In this document: positions 35,366-46,162 of the stretch, in pieces | How the letters are laid out: each line of letters opens with the position of its first letter | How positions within the stretch are numbered: the stretch's first letter is position 1 | Source: Gekko japonicus | Taxonomy: Eukaryota | Reading direction: 5' to 3' | Length of the DNA stretch: 53,786 nucleotides | Assembly: GCF_001447785.1 (NCBI RefSeq) | Contig: NW_015165855.1 | Location: 678,338-732,123 of the forward strand | The notes under the pieces: model-generated | What the model was told of the DNA's origin: nothing | What the model saw: the letters and a program-made list of their open reading frames with translations, nothing else | Databases searched by the model: none | Program-made: the position numbers and the translations under genes

Positions 35366-36231
35366 ATCTTTATCACAGATACCCTGCCAAGCTACGAAGC
35401 ATATAACATGCTCCTAAAACTCTGTTTGCCATTTATCAGTTTTTGATAGTTAATAAAGGATAATTCCCTAAACTTCTCTGTAATTCACACTCACAAATAC
35501 AGATACGGCCTTGTGCACAAAGGATTTGATCATATCTCTGCAATAACCTGTTTGAATTCCTAAGCTAAAGTACATCATTTCATATTCTCCTCCACATTTC
35601 CCACAAATCCACTTTGGGTATATTTTTTAATGAAAGTCCTACCAAACCATGTTTGGGAAAAACCTTCATTAAAGCTGGAGAAAACCTTAAGGGTGAAGAC
35701 TGGATGACAATGTTGTGTGAAAGCCTCCAGAAGAACATTTAGAGTTTATTTATTTATACATTCGATTTATATACCGCTCAAACCCTGAAGGGTCTCTGAG
35801 CGGTTTACATACAGATTCCAAATTCCAATTTAGGTAGCAAAGTGGAGCAAGAAATCTGTGTGAAAGTGATCTCAGTGTTTAGTAGAGATTTGAATCCTGG
35901 GCTCCATTATCCAGCCTATGCATCCTAATCACTGCTCTCAACTGGCATGTGCAACTGAGCCAGGATGTACCTCCAACACCAGAGAGAGAACTCTTTATGA
36001 TTTTACACAGCCTGGAACATAATACATTTCAGCCAGCTACATTCACACATTTGTAATCAGGTACCATGTACTGAAGTGCTGAGAGATAAAGGGGGACACA
36101 AATGTGAAGCCATTCATAAAGATCTTTACAATATATTAAAAGTATTGGGGTATTAAAAGCATAGGATCTCACAATGTATTAAAAGCGTAGGAAAAACATG
36201 TCTAATTTTGGAAGTTAGACTCCTTCCCTCT

Positions 36232-36437
36232 TATGACTCGGAGTCTCAGAATGGCTTACAATCACCTTGTCTTCCTCTCCCCACAACATACACCCTGTGT
36301 GGTAGGTGGGGCTGAGAGAGCTTTGAGAGATCTGTGACTGACCTAAGGCCACCCAGCTGGCATCATGTGGAGGAGAGGGGAATCAAACCTGGTTTTCTGG
36401 ATTACAGTCCGCCGCTCTTAACCACTACACCAAACTA
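36232..36437 (-). mobile_element. tRNA-derived SINE (Squam3-like)
   Basis: Minus strand A box TGGTGTAGTGG (36422-36432), B box GGTTTGATTCC (36379-36389), CORE-like body and L2-type tail. Confidence 0.8.
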
Positions 36438-36929
36438 GAGAGACAGGACAATTGAAAAATGGCATAAGGTTTCCTGTCCCCCTCCCCTTTGCTAGTTCTT
36501 CCAGTCATTCATGTGTGGAATCATGTGAAATGTACTTTGCCCTCTGCAGGAAAGGGTGTAGATTGTGGCCTATTTTTTTTTTTTAAGAAAAGACATAACA
36601 GTCATTGTAAAACTATAATGTTAGTACCTTTTTTACCTATATGTTCATTCTGGAATACTAAATGGTATTAACATTATTATTAACAAGCCAACTGGAAATG
36701 GTGTCTATTGAGTACAAATGAACATCATTCGCGATAAAGGATGCAGGCTTTCCACCTTCATAACCAGAGATTTGGATCCACTGAACAATGTGGTGTGCAT
36801 GAAAACACAACTTTCTTCTTTTGTCACACACAGAGCAGCTTTCTAGATCTTTGCAGAAGTAACTGAAATGACCTCACTCAAAGCATTCACTGCCATTGTG
36901 GTGGTCTTCTGCTCTTTAAAATTTATATG

Positions 36930-37040
36930 CTTATGATAGGTTTTTAATTGCATTTAATTGTATTCTATGAAATGTTTGTAAGCTGCCCTGAGCCCACCTT
37001 GGAGGGGAGGGCGGGGTAGAAATCAAATAAATAAATAAAA
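36930..37040 (+). mobile_element. L2-type 3' tail
   Basis: tgtaagctgccctgagccc...gggcggggtagaaatcaaataaataaataaaa; absent at the paralogous ~21650 region. Confidence 0.65.
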
Positions 37041-37571
37041 TCTTAACTGGACAATGATCTTTAGAAGACAGTGGGCTTTTGTTAATGACTTTACACTGTG
37101 AATGGAATTTGAGTATCACTCATCATTTTATACTGTGACTGAGAGTAGCACCTCCTCCATATTTTTGTACACCTTACAAAAAGTGATGCCAACTATTCGG
37201 CAAAATTAAGAAAAATATTAGATATGTGCCCAAAGATTAGCACTGGGAAAATAATATGAGAAGTAATATCAAATGTTCGAACAGACCTTAGGAAGCCACC
37301 ATTCATACTCATTTTAGAACCATCTGTACTTAATAACATTATTTCAAGAAACTAAGCTACAAGTTTATATCATATTTTCATGTCATTGAATGATCAAAGC
37401 TGAGCTCATTGATATTATTTATTTTCTTTTAGTTTAGAGATATTTTTCAATCATTTTTTCCAAATTTATATGCACTTATATTTTGTGGAGGTGTTTCTGC
37501 AACAATAAAACATTTGCGAAACATAAGGTATTACACTCAATTGAGTTATAAAGAAAAGGAAATAAACTCAC

Positions 37572-40034
37572 CGTGCCCACATTCTCCTCACCATCTGAAA
37601 GTTTTTTTCCATTGAACATCAAAGGATTATCAGGTTGCAAACCACTGAGGATATTCTCTGCTATTTGGACAGTGGGCTGCAGGAAAGTTAACTCATTTCT
37701 CCTGGATTCAGAAGATAAGCAGACCTGGTATGAATATGGCAATGTCCCATCCTCATAATTGGGAGGAAAAATGGCACCAGTCTTTGTATCAGGAATGAAA
37801 CACTGAAGAAAGGTGGGATTCTTTGATTGTCGGAGTTTCATCATAATGGTCAGTGTTACTGTCAAAAGGAATAGAAACGACACCAAGGCCAAGGCCAGAA
37901 CCAAATAAAACTGGAGATCAGACTGATAGTCTGAGTCACTGGGCTGAGTGTCCATTTCTGGAAGCGCCTCTTGGAAGTTCTCAGCAAAGACAAGGTTCAG
38001 AGTCACGGTTGCTGAGAGAGGAGACTGTCCGTTATCCTTCACCATAATGACCAGCCTCTGCTTCACAGCTTCCCTCTCCAGTAATGCTCGGGCTGTTTTG
38101 ATCTCTCCTGTGTGGGACCCAATGGTGAAAAGAGAGGGCTCAGTGGCCTGCAGCAGGTGGAAAGAGAGCCAGGCATTGTGTCCAGAGTCAGCATCCACTG
38201 CCACCACTTTCGTCACCAGATAACCAGATTCAGCTGTCCGAGGCACCATCTCAAACAAAGATGAACTTTCAGTCCCTTGGGAAGGATAGAGGATTTGTGG
38301 AATGTTATCATTCTGATCCAGAATACACACTCTCACCGTGGTACTGCTATTGAGGGTTGAGAAGCCTCCATCTTGGGCCTGCACTTGAATCTGGAACTCC
38401 CTGAATTGCTCATAGTCAAAGGAGCGCTGTGCATAAATGGCGCCAGTCTCAGAATTAATAGAGAGGTAGGAGGAGAGAGGCAGGTCCTCAATGTTGCTCT
38501 TTAGGATGGAGTAAGTGATTCGTGCATTGCTATCAACATCTGGGTCAGAGGCCTTGACCCTGAAAATGGAGGATCCGGATGGGTTGTTCTCTGGCACATA
38601 GGCAGTATAGGAAGACTTTTCAAAGGCTGGAGGGTTATCATTGATATCTGAGATCTGTAGAGAGATGGTTTTGTATGTGGAGAGAGGTGGGATGCCCTTA
38701 TCTGTGGCTGTGACTGTAATATTATATTCTGGAGTCCTTTCTCTATCAAGATAACTATCTGTGAGGAGTTTGAAATAATTATCTGAAGATGAAACTATCT
38801 GGAAAGGTACAAGGTCTCTGAGATGGCAAGTGACTTCCCCATTCTCCCCAGAATCTGGGTCATGAACTTTGAGCAAAGCAATAACAGTTCCAGGCATGGA
38901 GTCTTCAGGAAAAGTATTGGATACAGAAGTAAGTTCCACTTCAGGAGGATTGTCATTCACATCAAGAACCACAATCTCCACTTTGCTATATGCCACTAAC
39001 CCACCCCCATCTCTGGCCTGTATTATGATCACATAACTTTGTCTTTCCTCAAAATCAACCATCTCCTTAAGTGTAATGGTTCCGTCATGGGGATTCAGGT
39101 TGAATTTCTGCTTGGCCCTTTCTGAGATTTTGTTGAAAGAATAAGTGATTGCAGCATTTGATCCTTCATCACTGTCAGATGCTTTAATCTGCAACACAGA
39201 AGTTCCTTTGGGTGCATTCTCTTTCAAGCTTACCTTATAGACCTCCTGGGTAAAAATAGGTGTATTGTCATTACTATCAGCCACTGTTACCATGATGTTG
39301 GTGGTCCCAGTTTTTGCTGGTTTGCCCCCATCCAGACCAGTAAGGACCAAGTGTAGTGTGTGTTCTTTTTCCCTGTCCAGCTGTTTCAGCAATATTAAGT
39401 CTGCATATTTATCACCGTCTTCACTCTCTTTAACATCTAGTTTGAAATAAGGAGTTGAGCTCAACTGGTAAGTCTGGAGGGAGTTGATCCCAATGTCATC
39501 ATCTTCAGCATTTCCAAGGGAAAATCGAGCTCCTGGCAAATTTGATTCACTCACTTCAAGTAAAATATTTTCTTTTAGGAAATGTGGGGCATTATCATTG
39601 ATGTCATCAATGAAAACATGTATGTGGAAGATATTCATAGGATTATGCACAACAGCCTCTAATTTTAGGACACAAGAGGGTGATTTCCCACAAATTTCTT
39701 CCCGGTCTATCCTCTCATTCACATACAGGTTGCCATTTTGTTCATTAAGAGTGAAATATGGCTTTCCTGAAGAAATACTGATCTTGCGTTTTGACAGCTC
39801 TCTTGCATCCAATCCCAAATCTTTGGGAAGATTCCCCACAACTGATCCCTTTTCTGTTTCTTCCAGAATTGAATAGTGAACCTGCTCAGACTTCGCCCGA
39901 CAGAAAAAAGACAAGAGTATGCACAAAAAGAGTACTTGCCTTTTGATTTCCCTTGTTTTCTCCGCATGTCTACTTTCCATCACCCTCATTTTCAGAGCTG
40001 CCTTTCCAGGTTCTAGTATTTTCAAACATTCCAT
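37572..40034 (-). CDS. PCDHGB: Protocadherin gamma-B variable exon (821 codons)
   Basis: ORF 37476..40034 with six ECs, TM and gammaB tail. Donor ACG|GTGAGT at 37572/37571. Colinear with 22272-24734 at an offset of exactly 15,300. Confidence 0.93.
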
Positions 40035-40214
40035 CCCTTTGGAATAAGAGACTTGAAATGTAGTTCTTATTACCTGATGGTCTCAAGAAAGGAAGAGGAT
40101 TTCAGTTCTGGAGGAGCTTTTAATATAATGCAGTCTCCTTCAGCTCTCCTCTTCTGTATACCAGACAAATAATTCTGCAAGAGCCTCAGCTCCTGATCCA
40201 GTATTACTCCCATC

Positions 40215-40254
40215 TTGTCCAACAGCGACACTTTGAGTTCACTAGGAGAACAGC
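40215..40254 (-). promoter_or_regulatory. CSE/CTCF promoter element, gammaB-type
   Basis: Minus strand GCTGTTCTCCTAGTGAACTCAAAGTGTCGCTGTTGGACAA. Core at 40223-40227, 189 bp from the ATG. Confidence 0.88.
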
Positions 40255-41234
40255 ACTTCCCTGCTTTTTCTTCTCAATCTGTTTAACATTTATTCCCCCA
40301 AATGGACATCTTTTGAAGAGTAAATTTTTAGATGCATATCCATATTTTTATTAAAAATACATCCATATAATTTTAAACATCATATATAATTTTCTTCTAT
40401 ACATTTCCTCTGTATTTTAAAACTGTTTGCCTGTATGTTGGCTGCAAGGCAGAGTGGAAAGCCTGAGCCTTTTGAATTTCTTTGTAATATGGTATTTCTA
40501 TATCAGATTAGGTAAGAAAATCAGAATCAATATACTCACAACAGGTGTACGCCTGCCAGAAATACAATTTATGCAAACAGCAGTTTGTTGAAAAAGATTA
40601 TCACATTTGTATCATAAAATTAGTATCATAGGATTAGTTTAATCTTTACTTTTTAGCAACATGTTTTTTCAATGAGATTGTGACAGATGTCCTTATAGAT
40701 TCCTGCCATGAGAGAAAGTGAGTTTATTGCTGTTAGGTTTAAAATGCTTCTTCAGAAAAATATTTTCAGCTTCCAATAATCAATTTTAAAACAAAATAAA
40801 AACACACATGGAGAAAGATGGACATCAAACAGTCTTGCACATGAAAGAATCAGAACAAAGTTATTCAAAATTGCCTCATTAAGAGAGAAAAATAATAACA
40901 AGAAAAGTACCAATTACAAATGGGCTTGGGGGGGGATATCTTTTCAACCAGTGCCTAAAAGGCTGCAGCTCTGGTGACAGGAGATAATGTGTGGACAAGG
41001 AGTTATATAATCTTGGCAACAGGACAGAAAAGGACCTATTTGTGGTGCTTACTCTCCTTGATCCTTCCATTGGGGCACATGATCTTTATCAGGAGGCAGG
41101 TTCATGTGGGAGAAGATGGTTCTTCAGGTACCATAGTTCCAGACTATGTAGAGTGTTGTGGTATAGTCAATAAATGCATAAAAGCAAACTCACAGCCAGA
41201 AACAATCTTCCAAAATGGATAACTTGGTGGTCAA

Positions 41235-41718
41235 CCACCAACTACTGATCCACCGCCTCGCCGATGCTGGGATTCAGGGGTCTGTCTTGCAGTGGCTTTC
41301 CTTGTTTCTTCAGGGTAGGGGACAAAATGTGCCGTGCTGGTAGAACGAGATCCCAGAAGCCCTCAGGGCGGGACCTTTTACAGTACCGCAGGGCCTGCAA
41401 GACAGAGCTCTTCCACCAGGCCTTTAGTTAAGGAGCCGCATGCAACACATTAAGGTCCTGTGCCCAATACCACCACCACCACCAGCCCAAGCTTCGCCAA
41501 CTTTAAAATCAGTTACTGACTGCATCTACTAGTATGATGATGCTACCCTGCCTTCACCAGCGCCACTTAAATTGTTTACTAGCACCTTATGTTGTGTTTT
41601 AAAGCTTTTACTTATATTGTTATTTTAGCTACTGCATTTTCTGTAAGCCACTCTGAGTCTGCTTCGACAGGGAGGGTGGGGTATAAATCAAATAAATAAA
41701 TAATAAATAATAATAATT
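41235..41718 (+). mobile_element. Younger L2 3' end nested in the older minus-strand L2 relic
   Basis: cagggcctgcaagacagagctcttccaccaggcc...tgtaagccactctgagtc...(AAAT)n(AAT)n tail. The flanks are contiguous in the paralogues near 9055-9075 and 26935-26960. Confidence 0.7.
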
Positions 41719-42427
41719 TGTTTGACTGACTCTTGCTAGCTGTCTTAGTGCCACATTTTCAACCAGCAGTCTTGTGAAGAGTCTCCAAAAACATCCCCAA
41801 GCAAACTGCACTGAAGTAACCAGTGCAGAAATAAAATTCCAAATCATACCTCTCAAGGAAAGGTCAGGGCATGCCATGTGACGCTGGTTAAAGGCACCAC
41901 ATGCCCCAAAGAAGTTCTGGGCTTCCTTCTCTAGGCTCAGATACAGAAATGCCCTTAACTGCAAACCTGCTCCTGAAGGCGAAGTGCATCCCTGCGCAAT
42001 ACAGGTTTACTCTGAAGATCCTTATTTGGTTTATTATCAATCAACAACACCTCATCTGGATTGAGTTTCAGTTTACTGGCCCTCATCCAATTCATTATGT
42101 TTCTCTGTATCGAACTGCTTTTCTCTTGATTTCATTTTCTCTGGAAGGTGGGTCCACAGTGAATACTATTTTTGTTCTGGACCACACCATGACTTCACAT
42201 ATTATGACCTTTTCCCTAGTCCCACAGCTGAACTTCTGAGGAGGGAATGATCTCAGAATGATTTCCCAAACTGCAGGTTGGCCTCTAATTAATCACTCAT
42301 TGTGTCACTAATTAAGAAGCTGATCACCCTGCACCCTTATGCTGCATTCCACTACATTCTCTTCCAACATAGTTCAACTGAATTTAAAGCTCAGATGCAC
42401 ACACATAAAAGAAATATATGCAGTCAT

Positions 42428-42948
42428 GGCTGCGGTCACACGGAACATTAGCCATGCGAGTCAGACGGAAGACATGCGGGTTTTCCGGGCGCGATCTCAC
42501 CGGCACATCTGGGAAGTGTAGCACTCCCGTGGCTCAAACGAGGCTTCCTGCCGAAACCACGCGGCAAAAAACTAGTACCTCCGAGGTACTAGTTTCCGGA
42601 AACCGCGGGGCAAGGGCGGGCGTCTGATCGCGTTTCCGGTGGCATCCGGCGCCCGCCCATGTTCCCTGGCGAAAACGTTTTTTTTTTCTTCAAGTCTTTG
42701 TGGATGCGCAAAAGCACACAACGGAGCATGCGCAGTCATGGTGTGAACAAAATAAAAACCTTCCAGTTTGCCGCACCGCGCACTTCGTTTTTGCGCGCGG
42801 GATTGTCCTGCGATCGGCACCTCTCCTTTTCCACGGAACCTCCACAGTACCTCCACGGGAGGTCTGATCAGGTAACCGCGCCTTCGTTTGCCCCGGGGCA
42901 AACTGCCACACTTCCCCCCCGCAGTTTCCTGCCCGTGTGACCGGGACC
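42428..42948. mobile_element. CpG-rich MITE, PIF/Harbinger-like (521 bp)
   Basis: TIRs ggctgcggtcacacgg and ccgtgtgaccgggacc, 3-bp TSD CAT. Internal palindrome AAACTAGTACCTC-C-GAGGTACTAGTTT (42569-42595). Empty site near 10920. Confidence 0.8.
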
Positions 42949-43362
42949 CATGTTTGGTAAATATTAAAAGCTGGTGTGAAGCTGAGAAAAATACAATGCA
43001 ATATAAATAAATATTTACAAGTCATTCTTACAGAAGAATGAAGGATTAAAAAGCCTCAGTGCATGTGTAATTCTTAGGATGCCACCCCTCTTACCAATCT
43101 GATATCAAGTTGAAGACATGCATTAAATAATTTGTTCCCTGGTTGGTATCTGGTAAGTACTGCTGATTAAAAATGGTGTATATTATAAAGCGAGTGTGTT
43201 TTCACTGACGAATGTCCAAAACTAAGTCAAAGAACCCACCAAAGGAATAAAAAAAAAAAGAAACATTGAGACACTTTATCTGACAGAACAACCCAATGGG
43301 AAATCCCTGGCAAGATTAATAATTACAAATATAATAAAGGAAAATCACATTCATAAACTTAC

Positions 43363-45750
43363 CTGGACTATTTGGTCTCCATTGCTAAGATTTAAATCTT
43401 CAAAAGTTAGGATAGGATCATTTGTGTCACAGGTCTGTTGACTACAAAACTGGTTTTTCCTAGAGTCTGTGGTGAGAGAAACTTCTTGGCAATAGGAGTG
43501 AAGAAATGCTCGAACTCCATCAATCCCCACAAACTGTGAGACTGGAACACCAGTGAAATTCATACTCCCAGAATGACACAGCTGAGAAGTTCTCCATCTG
43601 TACACCCTGAGTGCCAGCAACACAAGGAGGAAGGTGAAAAACAAGCAGGAGACAAAAGCCACAGCAACCACCAGGTAGAAGGTGAGGTCCGACTGGGGGT
43701 CTGCAGGAGCTGAGATGCTGCTAATATCAGAAAGGCTTTCAGGGATGCTGTCGGCCAGCACCACAGTGACCGTGACTGAGGCAGACAGAGGGGGCTGCCC
43801 ATTGTCCTTCACTAAAACCACCAGGCTTTGCCTGAGAGCATCCTTGTCCAGAAAGAAGCGGGCCGTCCTGATCTCTCCAGTGTGGAGTCCTATGGAGAAG
43901 AGCCCTGGCTCTGTGGCCTTGAGTAGCTGATAGGAGAGCCATCCATTCTGCCCAGAGTCTGCATCCACAGCCACCACTTTAGTGACTAGGTATCCAGGCT
44001 CAGAAGAGTGAGGAGCCAGCTCTACTCCAGTGGAGCCATCAGTGGGGGTAGACGGGTACAAGATCTGGGGGTCATTGTCATTCTGATCCAGGATGAAGAG
44101 AGTCACTGAAACATTGGAGCTGAGTGATGTGGAGCCTCCATCTTGGGCCTTAACCCAGAAGTTGATCTCCCGTATCTCTTCATAGTCAAAAGAGCTCAGT
44201 GCGTAGACAACACCACTTTCAGAATTAATAGACAGGTATGATGAGAAAAGGGATTGATCATGTCCTGCCATAATGGAGTATGTTATTCTGGAATTCTCTT
44301 CCCAGTCAGGATCATTGGCTTTAAAGGAAAAGATGGAGGCCCCTCTCAAATTATTCTCGAGGAGATAAGTTGTATATGCTGATTCTGCAAAGAGGGGAGG
44401 ATTGTCATTTGTGTCTAAAAGGTTTAGAGCTATCACAGTGCTTGTAGAAAGAGGAGGGATCCCATGGTCAATAACTGTGACAGTGATACTATAGGATGCC
44501 ACTTGCTCTCTATCCAGGACGCCATCTGTCACCAAACTGTAAAAGTTATCCATGGATTTTTTCAGCTGAAAAGGGAGGCTTGGATCTATGGAGCATGTGA
44601 TCTCCCCATTGCTTCCTGAATCACTATCTTGCACATTTAGAATGGCAACAACAGTTCCAATTGGTGAGTTCTCGAGGATGTCACTGGTGAGATAGGTTAC
44701 CTCTAATTCAGGTGCATGGTCATTCAAGTCCATAATGAAAATCACAACTTTTGATTTGTCACTCAGGCCTCCCCCATCTTTGGCTTGTACCTCAAATTCA
44801 TATAAGGATGAATCCTCATAATCAAGGTTTCCTGCAAGAGTTATTTCACCTGTTGTAGAGTTAAGGAGAAATGTTTGAGAGTTACGTATCACTGGTGTTT
44901 GAAAAGAGTATTTTATCTCCCCATAGATTCCTTCATCCAAATCGGTTGCTCTTACTGTAACTATTGTGGACCCTTTAGGAATATTTTCTGTGACAGATGC
45001 TTCATAAACAGGTTGGCTGAAAACTGGAGCATTGTCATTTGCATCTAGGACAATTACGTGGATTTGAGCAGTGCCGGATCTCACGGGATCTCCCCCATCA
45101 GAAGCTGTGAGGATCAGATCATGAACTGATTGCTCCTCCCTGTCCAAAGGTTTATCCAACACCAATTCAACACGTCTAATGCCATTTTCATCCATTTGGA
45201 CATGCAGAGAAAAATGGCTGCTGCTTGTGAGTTGGTAACTTTGTATTGAGTTTATACCCAGATCTGGATCTTGAGCTCGAGGAAGGTCAAAACGGGACCC
45301 CAATGCAGATGCCTCACTGATTTCAAGCTCTTGTTCCCATGGATGGAACTGAGGGTCATTATCATTCACATCTGTAATTTCCACTTCTATTCCATAAATC
45401 TTTAATTTCCTCTCAATAATAACCTGAAAAGTTAAGGTGCACTTCTCTGCCTGTCCACAGATCGCCTCTCTGTCTATTCTCTCTGAAGTTTGTAAAATCC
45501 CACTGTTGAAGTTCAAAGCAAAATATTGAATCATACCTGTCCTAGTAATGATCCGGAGTCCATGTTCTGAAAGATGCTTTCCATCCATTCCTAGATCCTT
45601 TGCAATATTCCCCACAAAGGAGCCTTTCTGCATCTCTTCAGGAATGCAATAGTGAATCTGCCCGGAAACTGCTTTCCACACCAGCAGTGTGATTAGGTAT
45701 TGCAGGGTGCCTTTGTTGATGCTGCTCCATTGCTCCTGTGTCTCTCCCAT
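43363..45750 (-). CDS. PCDHGA: Protocadherin gamma-A variable exon (796 codons)
   Basis: ORF 43351..45750 with six ECs, TM and gammaA tail. Donor CAG|GTAAGT at 43363/43362. Colinear with 28123-30510 at an offset of 15,240. Confidence 0.93.
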
Positions 45751-45957
45751 CTCCTTGCAGCAAGGTAAGGGATTCTTGTTCTTCTGGCTCTGAATCCAAG
45801 GAAAGGAGGTCTCTCTGAGTGGTTTTTAAAATAAATGTTGTATTTGTTTCCTTCCCTGTAACATCAGATCAGATCTAATCACTCTGCTATTTTGTTCTTC
45901 AGTCTTCAACTGCAGTGCTTTGTTAGCTGGATCTTTTAGAAAAAATAATTTTTCTTT

Positions 45958-45999
45958 ATTGGTGAACAGCGACACCCAGAGTCACGACCAGAAATTACA
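45958..45999 (-). promoter_or_regulatory. CSE/CTCF promoter element, gammaA-type
   Basis: Minus strand TGTAATTTCTGGTCGTGACTCTGGGTGTCGCTGTTCACCAAT. Core at 45967-45971, 217 bp from the ATG. Confidence 0.88.
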
Positions 46000-46162
46000 G
46001 ATAATATTTATTAAATGCACACTTCTGTTTTCCTTGATCAAATTCTTCTTTTTCTTTATTAAAAAAGTGCTCAAAAATCCTGATAGTGTCGTCAAGATTA
46101 GACACAGTTATACATAAAATAGCATTATGATATATGTACCAATTCTGTTTTCTGTGCTTCGT

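Larger units (their letters stand above)
4408..46000. repeat. Tandem triplication of a gammaA-gammaB cassette (period about 15.2-17.9 kb)
   Basis: Exon offsets of 17,942 and 16,775 (copy 1 vs 2) and 15,300 and 15,240 (copy 2 vs 3). Intergenic homology includes 7630-8130/25200-25700/40510-40730, 10060-10419/42010-42372, 14680-15180/31370-31855 and 21580-22150/36880-37450. Confidence 0.85.

Noticed and set aside
36370-36437. tRNA gene
   Set aside because: The A and B boxes belong to a SINE head followed by a SINE body and tail; no complete cloverleaf is evident.
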